In this document: positions 9,141 to 19,628 of the stretch, in pieces
Layout: the number at the start of each line of letters is the position of its first letter
Numbering within the stretch: position 1 is the stretch's first letter
Source: Candidatus Omnitrophota bacterium
Lineage (GTDB): Bacteria; Omnitrophota; Gorgyraeia; Zapsychrales; Aceulaceae
Direction of reading: 5' to 3'
NCBI GenBank assembly: GCA_029564765.1
Contig: JAKQPK010000050.1
Coordinates: forward strand, 18,977-82,976
DNA length: 64,000 nt
Program-made: the position numbers and the translations under genes
The notes under the pieces: model-generated
The model's input: the letters and a program-made list of their open reading frames with translations, nothing else
What the model was told of the DNA's origin: nothing
Database searches by the model: none

Positions 9141-10095
9141 ATGCTAATCGCACAAGATTAAGACAAAGATTCTTAAAATCGATACCTATCGCAGAAGCGG
9201 CTTTAGGCAAAAGACTGGTTGCGGTCATGCCGGGGATCGTGTTGATCTCCAAGACCCATGGAATATTATTCTCATCTAAAAGAAGATCCACCCGCGACAG
9301 ATGTCGACACCCAATGCTACGATGAACCCGCCAAGCGATCTGTTGAACCTGCTGGGCGATAACAGGATCGATCTCCGCCGGAACAATATACTCGGTCATG
9401 CCGGCTTGATATTTTGCCTTATAGTCAAAAAAAGGATTTTTGGGTCTTATCTCAACAACTGGTAAAAGTGTATTGCCTAAAATGCCAGCTGTCAATTCTT
9501 TTCCATGAATATACGCCTCGATCAATATTTGATCACCATAAGAAAACGCATCTTGAACCGCAAGAGATAGTTGCTGATGATCTGCCACGATGGTCACTCC
9601 AAAGCTCGAGCCTTCGCTGACCGGCTTGACCACAACCGGCTTTCCAGCAAAAACCGATCTTACCTCCTCTTTGATCTTCTTTTCATCCGATCTATTAAAC
9701 GCAAGGAATGAAGGGACACGGACATGGTTTTCGCGCAAGAGCTGATACGTTGAAAGCTTATCCATAGCGGTCCTGCTGGCTGCGGCATCTGATCCTGTGT
9801 AAGGTATCTGAATACTATCCAAAATCTCTTGGATCCTTCCATCCTCACCAAAACGCCCATGCAGCGCGATAAACGCGATATCAATCTTGGAAGCCTTCAC
9901 AAGCGTGATGATATCCGCAGGGTTCTCCGTTGAGATCTCCAGGGATGACACTCGACATCCGGCCTCGGTCAACGCCTTAACAACACCCGTTCCGGATTTG
10001 ATGGAGATCTCTTTCTCGGAAGAACACCCTCCCATAAGAACACCAACATGCTTCTCAAGGACCCTAGACAATTGCTCTTCTGTCATTTTTATCAT
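9124..10095 (-). CDS. ddl: D-alanine--D-alanine ligase
   Basis: ATP-grasp motifs (IALHGRFGEDG..., EINTIPGMT) and ~320 aa length. Confidence 0.9.
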   Translation of the reverse strand: MIKMTEEQLSRVLEKHVGVLMGGCSSEKEISIKSGTGVVKALTEAGCRVSSLEISTENPADIITLVKASKIDIAFIALHGRFGEDGRIQEILDSIQIPYTGSDAAASRTAMDKLSTYQLLRENHVRVPSFLAFNRSDEKKIKEEVRSVFAGKPVVVKPVSEGSSFGVTIVADHQQLSLAVQDAFSYGDQILIEAYIHGKELTAGILGNTLLPVVEIRPKNPFFDYKAKYQAGMTEYIVPAEIDPVIAQQVQQIAWRVHRSIGCRHLSRVDLLLDENNIPWVLEINTIPGMTATSLLPKAASAIGIDFKNLCLNLVRLAYEPEN

Positions 10096-10104
10096 TTTCC
10101 AGAG

Positions 10105-11460
10105 CTACCTTTCCATGCCCGCCATGATATCTTTTATTATCTGGTTGATATTACCGGCACCCAAGGTGATGACCAAGTCCCCCGGCTGCGCAACAGCGCG
10201 AACATGGTCGGCGATCTGGTCATAATGAAGATAGACGACAGGGCGTCCTTCACGGTCCTTTAACTGTTGGTACAAGACAGGGGCGCCAACACCGACAATA
10301 GGCTCCTCGCTGGCCGCATAAACATCGGTCAAAACAAGGTAGTCGCAATTCTGCAAACTTGCAATGAATTCTTTTTGAAGGAATTTTAGCCTTGAAAAAC
10401 GATGCGGTTGAAAGATCGCGATCACGCGCTTGCGGCGCAGCAATCGTGCCGCGGCCAATGTTGCCTGGACCTCAGTCGGATGATGCGCATAATCATCGAT
10501 AAATAAAATATCATTGATCTCGCCTCGACGCGTAAAACGTCGTTGAACGCCAGAAAAATCCTTTAAACTTTTTTGAACGAGCGCAAAGTCAAGATTGATC
10601 AACCGAGACAGAGCGACAGCCGCTAACGCGTTGGCAATATTATGCCTGCCTAGAACACGCAATTCTATAGCTCCCAGACATACGCCTCGCTCATAACATA
10701 GAAAGCGCGCGTCCCCTTGATCAAAACAGATATCCTCTGCCATCAGATCATTACCCGCGGAAAGTCCATAAGTTATGTTTGGGATCTTTTTCTGCTGAAT
10801 CAATTTTCTTAGATTGACATCATCTCCGCAAACGATCAAGGATCCCTGAGGATGGGTCTGGCCTAAAAATTGAGCGTAGGCTCCCATCATGTTGTCCCAG
10901 GTCTTGTAATATTCCATATGCTCAAAATCGATGTTCGTCACAATAGAATAAAAAGGATGAAAATGCAGGAATGATCCATCGCTTTCATCCACTTCCGCCA
11001 CACAATACTCTCCTTGCCCAAGGTCAGCGCTCATGTCCCCATTGTTCATGATGCCTCCAACGGCAAGCGTAGGCCGCAAACCAGCATCACGTAACACACA
11101 GCTGACCATCGATGTGGTAGTTGTTTTGCCATGAGCTCCGGCAACCGCGATCAATCTTTTTTCGGCCATAACCTCTGCTAAAAGTTTCGCTCGATGCACA
11201 ATACTAATACCCTTCGCTCTTGCTTGCTGCAACTCAGGGTTGTCAGTATTGATCGCTGAAGAGAAAACAATACAATCCGGGCGTTGAACATTTTCTTTTT
11301 TATGCCCTATCGTGATCTCTGCTCCTTTTGCGCGCAGCCGCGATGTCAAAAGATTATCCTTAAGATCAGAGCCGCTGATCTTGTGTCCTTTTTCCTGCAA
11401 CAAGCTTGCCAGCGTTCCCATGCCAATACCGCCAATGCCGATAAAATGGTAGTGCTTCAT
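10105..11460 (-). CDS. murC: UDP-N-acetylmuramate--L-alanine ligase
   Basis: FIGIGGIGM N-terminus and the Mur ligase P-loop GAHGKTTTTS. Start chosen at ATG 11458-11460, which forms an ATGA overlap with the stop of the upstream peptidase gene. Confidence 0.9.
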   Translation of the reverse strand: MKHYHFIGIGGIGMGTLASLLQEKGHKISGSDLKDNLLTSRLRAKGAEITIGHKKENVQRPDCIVFSSAINTDNPELQQARAKGISIVHRAKLLAEVMAEKRLIAVAGAHGKTTTTSMVSCVLRDAGLRPTLAVGGIMNNGDMSADLGQGEYCVAEVDESDGSFLHFHPFYSIVTNIDFEHMEYYKTWDNMMGAYAQFLGQTHPQGSLIVCGDDVNLRKLIQQKKIPNITYGLSAGNDLMAEDICFDQGDARFLCYERGVCLGAIELRVLGRHNIANALAAVALSRLINLDFALVQKSLKDFSGVQRRFTRRGEINDILFIDDYAHHPTEVQATLAAARLLRRKRVIAIFQPHRFSRLKFLQKEFIASLQNCDYLVLTDVYAASEEPIVGVGAPVLYQQLKDREGRPVVYLHYDQIADHVRAVAQPGDLVITLGAGNINQIIKDIMAGMER

Positions 11461-12239
11461 TTCTTCAAATACCCCATCCACGCCTTATTGAGATCATCGA
11501 TCGTCTGAAAACGATAATACGCTTTTTCCAAAGCATCTTCGAACCTAAGACCCTTCTTTAAGTTCTGACAAAAATTCAAGAATTTAAATGCCCCATGCTC
11601 TGTGATCAAATACCGAATGACGCTGGCAGATTCCGCGTAAAATAAATTCACGACCTCCCGATCGGTCGCGGATGTAAGCCTTGTCCGGCCAAGCTCTGAG
11701 AGAGGAATAAAACGATTTTCTGCGATCGCTTTTCTTACTTCATCATCGGCTCCCCAGCGCTTCGCTTTTTCTTGATACATCGCCACCCCCTCATCCACCC
11801 ATAGAGGAAGATCAGAGGAAACCCCAACATATTCCCTGAAAATGATATGCCCAAGTTCGTGCGGCAACAAGGAGTCAAAAAATCCGTGCGCCGCTGGATA
11901 CGTCTGGATCGCTCGCGACCCTATTCTCGTCGAAGCGCTCGACCAACCCGCCTGACGGGAAGAAACAAGATAATCATCTTCGTTGTCATAGATGTAAATT
12001 TGGGCTCGATCATCCCATGTCCATAGCTGATCCCTGCTAAAACCAAGATCCTTAACAATGCTGTAATAATATCCCTCCGCTGATTCTTCGACAGCCTTTA
12101 TGAATTCCTTAGGTGCGTTCTTGTAATAAATAATAAAATGCCGGCTACGATTTTCTTTCCAGTTTTGAGCAGCCATAGCATAGCTGGAAAAAAAGATCAT
12201 AAATAAAATATTTATTATAACGATCTTCTTTATTATCAT
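11457..12239 (-). CDS. Secreted zinc metallopeptidase, Peptidase_MA (gluzincin)-like, inserted in the dcw cluster
   Basis: N-terminal signal peptide (MIIKKIVIINILFMIFFSSYAMAAQ). An HELGH (HExxH) motif is followed about 20 aa later by EGVAMYQE, the gluzincin third-ligand Glu pattern. ATGA overlaps with murG upstream and murC downstream. Confidence 0.6.
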   Translation of the reverse strand: MIIKKIVIINILFMIFFSSYAMAAQNWKENRSRHFIIYYKNAPKEFIKAVEESAEGYYYSIVKDLGFSRDQLWTWDDRAQIYIYDNEDDYLVSSRQAGWSSASTRIGSRAIQTYPAAHGFFDSLLPHELGHIIFREYVGVSSDLPLWVDEGVAMYQEKAKRWGADDEVRKAIAENRFIPLSELGRTRLTSATDREVVNLFYAESASVIRYLITEHGAFKFLNFCQNLKKGLRFEDALEKAYYRFQTIDDLNKAWMGYLKK

Positions 12240-13306
12240 AACAAAGATACGATCTCTTCAGCGATGCGCAAAGCGGGCTTTACAGCATTCGGACCAGAGC
12301 CCTGTGCTGGCACATTTTTTGATGGATACAATTTTAACCGCCTTATAGTTTCATCAGCCAGGCTTTGGGCTGTGCACATCTCATCCGTTATCATCGTCGC
12401 CAAGCCTTGCTCACAGACAATCTCAGCGTTTTCTTTTTGGTGAACACGCACTAAAGGATACGGGATCAGTATAGCTGACTTCTGAAAGCTTAGGATCTCA
12501 CAGACCGTTGCTGCCCCTGAGCGCGCCACGACAAGGTCCGCGATCGCATAAGCGGATTGAACATCATCCAGAAAATCAAAAAGCTGATACGGAATCTTTA
12601 GCGATCGATATCGAAATTGAAGGTCCTGATGATCCGCGCTGCCGCAAACATGAATGAATTGGAACATAATCTTTTCGTTCAGCAGCTCAACCGCCTGAGA
12701 GAACGCCACATTGATCCTACGACTTCCCTGGCTTCCCCCAAGGACAAAGATCGTTTGCCGTTGAGGTGAAAGCTGAAATTGTTGATAGATCTCCTCTTTT
12801 GATTTTGCTGATGGGGTGTCCCGGCAGGGACATCCGGTCAAAACGGTCTTTGATGAACGAAAGTGATCTTCGCTCTTCTTAAAGCTGATCGCTATCTTAT
12901 TTACAAAATTCTTTAAGACCCGATTTGACCATGACGGGACCACGTTCTGATCGTGGATCAAGGTCGGCTTTCGCTTTATGATCGCGGCTACCACGACTGG
13001 AAACGCGCCATATCCCCCAAAACCAACAACAACGTCTGGGCCAATATCCTGAATCAATACGCACGCCTGATAAATAGCGTACACCATTTGAAATCCCTCT
13101 TTTATCGCACTAAAAGCAGAGACGAGCTTCATGCGCACCGAGGCTATCACCCAAGCCTGAAAATGATGCCTACGCACAAGATCGAACGCAAGGCCCTGGG
13201 TCGTTAAAAAAACAACTTCGTGTCCCTGGTCGACAAGCACCTTGGCCGTTTCTAGGGCCGGAAAAACATGCCCCCCGCTGCCTCCTGCGCCGATCATGAT
13301 TCTCAT
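12236..13306 (-). CDS. murG: Undecaprenyl-PP-MurNAc-pentapeptide-UDP-GlcNAc GlcNAc transferase
   Basis: IGAGGSGGHVFPA N-terminal GT28 motif; ~355 aa. Confidence 0.9.
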   Translation of the reverse strand: MRIMIGAGGSGGHVFPALETAKVLVDQGHEVVFLTTQGLAFDLVRRHHFQAWVIASVRMKLVSAFSAIKEGFQMVYAIYQACVLIQDIGPDVVVGFGGYGAFPVVVAAIIKRKPTLIHDQNVVPSWSNRVLKNFVNKIAISFKKSEDHFRSSKTVLTGCPCRDTPSAKSKEEIYQQFQLSPQRQTIFVLGGSQGSRRINVAFSQAVELLNEKIMFQFIHVCGSADHQDLQFRYRSLKIPYQLFDFLDDVQSAYAIADLVVARSGAATVCEILSFQKSAILIPYPLVRVHQKENAEIVCEQGLATMITDEMCTAQSLADETIRRLKLYPSKNVPAQGSGPNAVKPALRIAEEIVSLL

Positions 13307-13312
13307 ATTTAC

Positions 13313-14398
13313 CTACGCTAGATCCTGTACACGAGAAATGTTCAACAAAAGACCGATGCAGATCATCTGAACGACCAGCGCTGATCCTCCATAGCTGACG
13401 AATGGCAACGGCAATCCTTTTGTTGGAAAAGCCCCAATACTAACACCGATATTGATAACGGCCTGAAGCGCTATGACCGCCACGATCCCTAGGGCTAAAA
13501 AATATCCAAAAGGGTCTTCGCAGCGTTTGGCAATACGCGCCCCCTGCCAGATCAACAGCGTAAAAAGAACAATGACCGAAACTGTCCCAAAGAGGCCTAA
13601 TTCCTCACCGATGATCGATAAAATAAAATCCGTATGCGCGGCTGGAAGATAATATAGCTTTTGAACACTTTTTCCTAAGCCAACGCCTAAAAGCCCTCCA
13701 GAGCCTAAGGCGATCTGAGACTGGACCAGCTGAAATCCGGCCCCTTGCTGATCTTTCCAAGGGTCTAAAAATGCCTGGATACGTCTTAAACGATACGGTG
13801 TTTTCGCGATCAGATAGACTAGCGCTGGCAAACTTAAGAAGCCGACAAGGCTCATGTGCCATAGTTTTGCACCAGCAACGAACATCATGATAAAAATAAC
13901 AGCTGCGATCAAAGCCGTTGTTCCAAGGTCAGGCTGCTTAAGGATCAGAAGACAGACAGCCCCCAGCGCCATCATGATCGGCATGAAACCCAAAAAGAAA
14001 TTTTGTATCTTTTCTCGTTTCCTAGACAAAAAATCCGCTGTATAAATGATCATCGCGATCTTTGTCAGTTCAGATGGCTGAAAGCTAAATCCAAAGAACT
14101 GAAACCAACGTTTTGCCCCATAAACTTCACGGCCTGCCACAAGAACAAGCAAGAGAGATGCCAGCGAACACAAAAAGATCGGTTTCGCATATTTTGCTAG
14201 CAAGCGATAATCGACGAGCATCGCCATGATCATCGCGCAAAGTCCTGCCATTAAATAAAATAAATGCCGCCTGAGAAAATACGTACTTGATCCCAGCTCG
14301 CGCAGCGCAAAAACACTGCTGGCGCTGAAGACCATGACAACACCCAAGGCCACCAAGACCATCGTAATGACAGCGATTGAAATTCTGATCTCGCGCAT
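13313..14398 (-). CDS. ftsW: Lipid II flippase / peptidoglycan glycosyltransferase FtsW (SEDS family)
   Basis: ~10-TM SEDS profile with C-terminal PLPFVSYGGSA motif; dcw context. Confidence 0.85.
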   Translation of the reverse strand: MREIRISIAVITMVLVALGVVMVFSASSVFALRELGSSTYFLRRHLFYLMAGLCAMIMAMLVDYRLLAKYAKPIFLCSLASLLLVLVAGREVYGAKRWFQFFGFSFQPSELTKIAMIIYTADFLSRKREKIQNFFLGFMPIMMALGAVCLLILKQPDLGTTALIAAVIFIMMFVAGAKLWHMSLVGFLSLPALVYLIAKTPYRLRRIQAFLDPWKDQQGAGFQLVQSQIALGSGGLLGVGLGKSVQKLYYLPAAHTDFILSIIGEELGLFGTVSVIVLFTLLIWQGARIAKRCEDPFGYFLALGIVAVIALQAVINIGVSIGAFPTKGLPLPFVSYGGSALVVQMICIGLLLNISRVQDLA

Positions 14399-14401
14399 AA
14401 A

Positions 14402-15667
14402 TTATAACTGGTGGACGATCCTCTTAAATTCTCTTCCCCGATGTTCAAAATTATCGAACATATCAAAACTTACACACATAGGGCTTAAGACAACGCAATC
14501 ACCTGCTTGCGCAGCTGCGCGCGCCTTACAAACGGCATCCTCAAGATCTGCCCCCTCTTCCAGCGGCAGAATATCAGAAAAAGCATGCTTTAAATCTTCT
14601 TTATCTTGACCAAAGACGATCATTTTCTTGATCTTTTCACGCGCGATCTCTCTCAAAGATGAAAAATCAAGGTGCTTGTTTCTGCCCCCACAAATAAAGA
14701 TCAAAGGCTTTTGAATAAGCATCATCGCCAACCGTCCGGATTCGACCGTTGTTGATTTTGAATCGTTAACATAATCCACGCCATCCAGAGTACGAACAAA
14801 CTCCTGGCGATGTTCAACACCTTTAAAGGTTGCCAAAAATCTTTTAGCCACATCCACTGGAACCCCCAGGACGGAGCAAGCGGCAATAGCAGCAAGAAAA
14901 TTCGGGTTTACAACGCTGGGATCACAAACTCCTGGCTCGTTATAATACAGAATGTGGGATGAAAGTTTGGCCGCCAGATCTCGATGCAAAGGTTCATAAA
15001 AATTCAAAACTGCAAAATCATTCCTTGTTTGGTTCATAAAGATGCGCGCTTTTGCTGTGAAATATTCATTTAGGTCCTGATGACGATCAAGATGATTCTG
15101 GCTAAAATTCAGAAAAACTGCCACCTTAGGCTTAAATGTCTCAATGGTTTCCAGCTGGAACGAACTTACCTCAAGAGCTACGATATCATTCTTCTTAAGG
15201 TCTAGGACATATTGAGAAAAGGGCGTTCCGATATTTCCACAAAGAAAGGCATTGCGCCCTGACGCCTTTAAGATCTCCGCGATCACCGTTGTTGTTGTTG
15301 TCTTTCCGTTAGTGCCTGTGACCGCGACGACATCACACGGACAATACTGCCAAGCAAATTCAATCTCACCCAGGACGGGAATGTTTCTTTCCCTTGCCCA
15401 GAATGCTGGCAAAGCATTGACCGCAACGCCTGGGCTCAAGACCACAACATCGCTTTCCTGGATAAACTCCTTTGTATGCTGTCCGCTTTCGATCAGGGAT
15501 AGATCGTCTAGATTTGCCCTTAAAAGAGCTTCACGGATCTTCTCTCGTGGCGCGGCATCAGAGATCTTGACCTTAGCGCCAAGCTTTAGGGCAAGATGAG
15601 CCGAAGCGATACCGCTGCGGCCCAAACCAACGATCGTGACGATCTTATCTTTTATATCAATGGCCAT
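14402..15667 (-). CDS. murD: UDP-N-acetylmuramoylalanine--D-glutamate ligase
   Basis: N-terminal VGLGRSG Rossmann motif and Mur ligase P-loop GTNGKTTTT. Confidence 0.9.
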   Translation of the reverse strand: MAIDIKDKIVTIVGLGRSGIASAHLALKLGAKVKISDAAPREKIREALLRANLDDLSLIESGQHTKEFIQESDVVVLSPGVAVNALPAFWARERNIPVLGEIEFAWQYCPCDVVAVTGTNGKTTTTTVIAEILKASGRNAFLCGNIGTPFSQYVLDLKKNDIVALEVSSFQLETIETFKPKVAVFLNFSQNHLDRHQDLNEYFTAKARIFMNQTRNDFAVLNFYEPLHRDLAAKLSSHILYYNEPGVCDPSVVNPNFLAAIAACSVLGVPVDVAKRFLATFKGVEHRQEFVRTLDGVDYVNDSKSTTVESGRLAMMLIQKPLIFICGGRNKHLDFSSLREIAREKIKKMIVFGQDKEDLKHAFSDILPLEEGADLEDAVCKARAAAQAGDCVVLSPMCVSFDMFDNFEHRGREFKRIVHQL

Positions 15668-16753
15668 TTATCTTATCTTGATAGTTGTCAGGGTAAGCAA
15701 CGCGAGAATGATCGCGATGATCCAGAAACGAACAATGATCTTAGACTCATTCCACCCTAAAAGTTGTAAATGATGATGAAAAGGAGACATTTTAAAGATA
15801 CGCTTACCCCGCGTCTTCACGGAAAGGACCTGCAAAATAACGGATAGTGCCTCCCAGACAAAAATGCCACCTAGCAGGATCAATAGGATTTCTTTCTTGA
15901 TAAAAACCGCTATCGCTCCTAACGTCCCACCGAGTGCCAAAGAGCCGACATCCCCCATAAAAATCGAGGCAGGATAACAATTGAACCATAAAAAACCAAG
16001 GCTCGCGCCAAGGATCGCGGCACAGACAACCGTCAACTCACCTGTTCCCGGGATAAATGGAAGGAACAAATATTCCGCGAACTTAAAATTACCCGAGATA
16101 TAGCTCAACGCCCCTAAACCAAGAGCGACAAATAAAACGCAGCCGATCGCTAACCCATCAAGCCCGTCCGTCAAATTGACAGCGTTAGAGCAGCTCATCA
16201 CGATCAAGGCTGCCCAGAGAATGAAAAAGATATCAAGATAAAGGATAGTAGATTTTAAGAAAGGGATATCCAAGCGCGTTGTTGTATCCGGAGCGAGAAA
16301 GACGAAAAATCCTACCACGCACCCTAAGACGAATTGCCAAAAAAGTTTTGTCCCTCCGGAAAGACCGCGATGACCTTTTTGGCAGATCTTCAAATAATCA
16401 TCAATGAAGCCCAGCACCGCAAGGGTTGACATTGTCAAGATCGACAAGAGAACATATAGATTAGACAGATCTGCCCACAAAAAAAGCGCGGATAAAATGC
16501 TGAGGACAATAAAAATGCCCCCCATTGTCGGCGTGCTCTGTTTGTATTTCTGGACCTCTGAAAGGGCCTGACAGTAGTCCCTATCAACACCTTCTTTAAC
16601 TTCATCTTTCTGGAATTTCCGGATGAAGATAGGCGCTAAGATCAAGCAAAGAAAAAAAGATGTAAAAGCCGCGGCGCCCGAACGAAAAGTGATGTAGCGA
16701 AAGATATTAAGAAAAGAAAAGGAATCTCGAAATCCGGATAAGAAATACAGCAT
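15668..16753 (-). CDS. mraY: Phospho-N-acetylmuramoyl-pentapeptide transferase
   Basis: Polytopic membrane protein with the MraY signature; ~360 aa. Confidence 0.9.
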   Translation of the reverse strand: MLYFLSGFRDSFSFLNIFRYITFRSGAAAFTSFFLCLILAPIFIRKFQKDEVKEGVDRDYCQALSEVQKYKQSTPTMGGIFIVLSILSALFLWADLSNLYVLLSILTMSTLAVLGFIDDYLKICQKGHRGLSGGTKLFWQFVLGCVVGFFVFLAPDTTTRLDIPFLKSTILYLDIFFILWAALIVMSCSNAVNLTDGLDGLAIGCVLFVALGLGALSYISGNFKFAEYLFLPFIPGTGELTVVCAAILGASLGFLWFNCYPASIFMGDVGSLALGGTLGAIAVFIKKEILLILLGGIFVWEALSVILQVLSVKTRGKRIFKMSPFHHHLQLLGWNESKIIVRFWIIAIILALLTLTTIKIR

Positions 16754-16818
16754 AAAATACTCCTATAAAGAATAATTTTATTATATATACTTGGATTAGA
16801 AATGAAAAGGATTTTACG

Positions 16819-18177
16819 TTAAAAATGACATGCCTGTAATTTATTTACAATATGTTCCATGCGCATGCCACGCGAACCTTTGATGAGGATCACATCTGCA
16901 GGCAAAGTATTCTGCATAAGATATTCAACGATCTTTTCCTGTCTTGAATAGTGATGGCTTTCGACCCCATGCTTACACGCTTGTTCTGAAGCTATACGGG
17001 ACCATGTCCCATAGGCCAAAAGTACCTTGACTCCCTTATCAGCGCTTAGTCGACCAACGCGCTGATGCGCTGTACGCGAGGATCGCCCCAGCTCCTTCAT
17101 GTCTCCGAAAACAAAATACTTTTTACCCGAAGATGGGAAAAGCTCTAGCGCATTTAAGGCCGAGGATACCGATGCCGGATTCGCGTTATATGTATCATCG
17201 ATGACCCAGCGTCCGCTGACCTTCAGGATATTCTGGCGCCCTTTTGGAAATCTAAAATTCCATAGCGATCGCTTGATCTGAGCATAAGGAACGCGGAACT
17301 TGCGGCCCAAAGCGATCGCCACTAACGCGTTGTAAACATTCTCTTTTGATAGTGTCTTAAGGGAAAACTTCTCGCTTCCAACCTGGAATGTTATCCGCAT
17401 GCCTTTGGCCGTTATGTTCTTAGCCTGATAATGGCTTTTTTTGTCGATCGAGAACCGAAGCACATCCGTCTTTGGATATCGAATGCCGATCGTCGCCAGC
17501 CAATCATCATCAGAATTGTAAACAATGCATTCCAGGCGTGGCGAGCAACGAAAGATATTAGATTTCTCTTTAAAGACACCTTGGCGATTTTTAAGAAACT
17601 CCAGATGGGAATCACCAATATTGGTAAGGATCGCGATGGTTGGCTGGCCCATGCGAGCCAATCGTTCGATCTCCCCAAAATGATTTGTACCAAATTCAAG
17701 CACAGCTAAGGAATGCTTATTGTTTAGCTGCAACAATGTTTTGGCAACGCCTATTTCGTTGTTCTCTGTTTGGAAATTCTTTAGAAGGTGGAAATGCGAG
17801 GACAAAACCTTCCCTAAAAGCTCTTTTGTTGTTGTTTTTCCAACGCTTCCTGTCAACGCGATGACAGGGATCGAAAAGCGCGCACGATGATATTTGGCTA
17901 GCGCGCAATACGCCTGTAATGTATCTTCGACGATGATGGTAGGGATGCGCGCATGAGGCAGTAATATCTTTTTAGAGACGAGCAAGGCGCTCGCCTTCTT
18001 GCTGATGGCGTTTTTGATGAACTGATGTCCATCAAAATTCTTCCCGCTCAAAGCAACGAACAGATCTCCAGGGCGAATGGTACGTGTATCTGTTGAAACA
18101 CCCCGCACACGTAACGCAGGGTAACTGTTCACAATCTTGCCGTTGGTGCAAAATAGGATCTCCTCTATCGTGAACAT
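16819..18177 (-). CDS. murF: UDP-N-acetylmuramoyl-tripeptide--D-alanyl-D-alanine ligase
   Basis: Mur ligase P-loop GSVGKTTTKE; position between murE and mraY. Confidence 0.85.
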   Translation of the reverse strand: MFTIEEILFCTNGKIVNSYPALRVRGVSTDTRTIRPGDLFVALSGKNFDGHQFIKNAISKKASALLVSKKILLPHARIPTIIVEDTLQAYCALAKYHRARFSIPVIALTGSVGKTTTKELLGKVLSSHFHLLKNFQTENNEIGVAKTLLQLNNKHSLAVLEFGTNHFGEIERLARMGQPTIAILTNIGDSHLEFLKNRQGVFKEKSNIFRCSPRLECIVYNSDDDWLATIGIRYPKTDVLRFSIDKKSHYQAKNITAKGMRITFQVGSEKFSLKTLSKENVYNALVAIALGRKFRVPYAQIKRSLWNFRFPKGRQNILKVSGRWVIDDTYNANPASVSSALNALELFPSSGKKYFVFGDMKELGRSSRTAHQRVGRLSADKGVKVLLAYGTWSRIASEQACKHGVESHHYSRQEKIVEYLMQNTLPADVILIKGSRGMRMEHIVNKLQACHF

Positions 18178-19628
18178 AGCAAAAATTCCTTTGCAACATC
18201 TCGGTCATCGAAATGGATCTTCTTGTCTTTTACGATCTGGTAGTTCTCGTGCCCCTTGCCGGCGATGATAACAACATCATCAGCCTGCGCCATGGTCAAT
18301 GCGCGAGTGATAGCGTCCTTGCGGTCAAGAATGATCAGATACCGGTCATGCGCGAACCCCGCGACGATCCGCTCAACGATCTCTTGAGGATTTTCGCTAC
18401 GGGGGTTATCATTAGTAACAATGGAAAAGTCCGCAAGTTCGCTGGCGACCCGGCCCATTTTGACACGTTTGGATTTATCGCGATCGCCACCGCAGCCGAA
18501 CACTAAGATGATCCTTGTTTTCTTTACCGCACGCAGATTCATCAAAACATTACGTAACGCATCGTCCGTATGCGCATAGTCAACAAAAACAGAAAATTTC
18601 TGGCCACAATCTATAGATTCCAAGCGGCCAGGAACATGCTCCATATTCTCAACACCTTGACGGATATCCTCTATTTTCACACCCAGCGCATGACATGCTG
18701 CCGCAGCCGCCAGAATATTATAAACGTTGTACTGACCAACAAGACGCGTTGTGATGCGACACTGATTGCGACCGATCGACATGATAAAATTTGTCTCACG
18801 GAAACCGAGCTGAATATGTTCGGCCATAACATCCGCTCCGCGATGAAGACCATAAGAAAGCATCTTGCTAGGAACCATGCTGGTCAAGCGCTGGCCAAAT
18901 GGGTCATCAATATTGATAACGGCTGTCGCGGATTCCTTGAGGGACAAGAAAAGCTTGGCTTTTGCCATAAAATAGCTTTCCATGTCTTTATGGTAATCCA
19001 AATGGTCCTGAGTAAGGTTCGTAAAGATGCCGACTTGAAAATCAATGCCGTCCACCCTGCCCTGCTCAAGCGCGTGCGAAGAAACTTCCATCGCGCAGCA
19101 TGTGCACCCAGTTTTTTTCATCTGGGACAAATACGCGCAAAGATCCAGCAAGTGAGGTGTTGTGTTGTCAAGCGGGATCATTTTATGGTCAAACCGGCAA
19201 TTGATCGTTCCGATCACGCCGCATTTTTCTCCAGCGCACGACAAGATGGAATCGATCAAGTAAGTGGTGGTTGTTTTTCCGTTGGTCCCTGTAATGCCTA
19301 TGCAGTGAACGTGAGATGACGGATGTTGATAAAAACGATGCGCGATCTCTTTTAGAAAAGCTCTTGTATCGTCGACTTCTAAAAGACAAACATGATCGGC
19401 AACAGAAGGGGTGCGATGCCGATGGTCTCTAACGATACACACAGCCCCTCGCTCGATCGCCTGCGACAGGTAATCAACGCCATCGCTTTTAGCACCTTTA
19501 AGCGCGATAAAAAGACTGGATGGCCCAACGATCCTTGAATCGTGCGCAATAGCACGGATCTCATATGATTGGTGCTGGGCAGAAATGGGTTTGGGATAAA
19601 TATCAGCGACTAGATTCTTCAGCAGCAT
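18165..19628 (-). CDS. murE: UDP-N-acetylmuramoyl-L-alanyl-D-glutamate--2,6-diaminopimelate ligase
   Basis: P-loop GITGTNGKTTTT; C-terminal DNPR motif (TNDNPRSE), which typifies meso-DAP-adding MurE. Confidence 0.9.
   Translation of the reverse strand: MLLKNLVADIYPKPISAQHQSYEIRAIAHDSRIVGPSSLFIALKGAKSDGVDYLSQAIERGAVCIVRDHRHRTPSVADHVCLLEVDDTRAFLKEIAHRFYQHPSSHVHCIGITGTNGKTTTTYLIDSILSCAGEKCGVIGTINCRFDHKMIPLDNTTPHLLDLCAYLSQMKKTGCTCCAMEVSSHALEQGRVDGIDFQVGIFTNLTQDHLDYHKDMESYFMAKAKLFLSLKESATAVINIDDPFGQRLTSMVPSKMLSYGLHRGADVMAEHIQLGFRETNFIMSIGRNQCRITTRLVGQYNVYNILAAAAACHALGVKIEDIRQGVENMEHVPGRLESIDCGQKFSVFVDYAHTDDALRNVLMNLRAVKKTRIILVFGCGGDRDKSKRVKMGRVASELADFSIVTNDNPRSENPQEIVERIVAGFAHDRYLIILDRKDAITRALTMAQADDVVIIAGKGHENYQIVKDKKIHFDDRDVAKEFLLCSR

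Noticed and set aside
18570-19319. 249-aa plus-strand ORF antisense to murE. Similar long antisense ORFs occur at 50081-50530 in ftsK, 33880-34410 and 33926-34504 in fabF, and 15252-15599 in murD.
   Set aside because: They lie entirely inside high-confidence, conserved minus-strand genes and are Arg/Ser/Cys-rich, typical of antisense frames in GC-balanced coding DNA. They have no RBS or promoter and no recognisable motifs.
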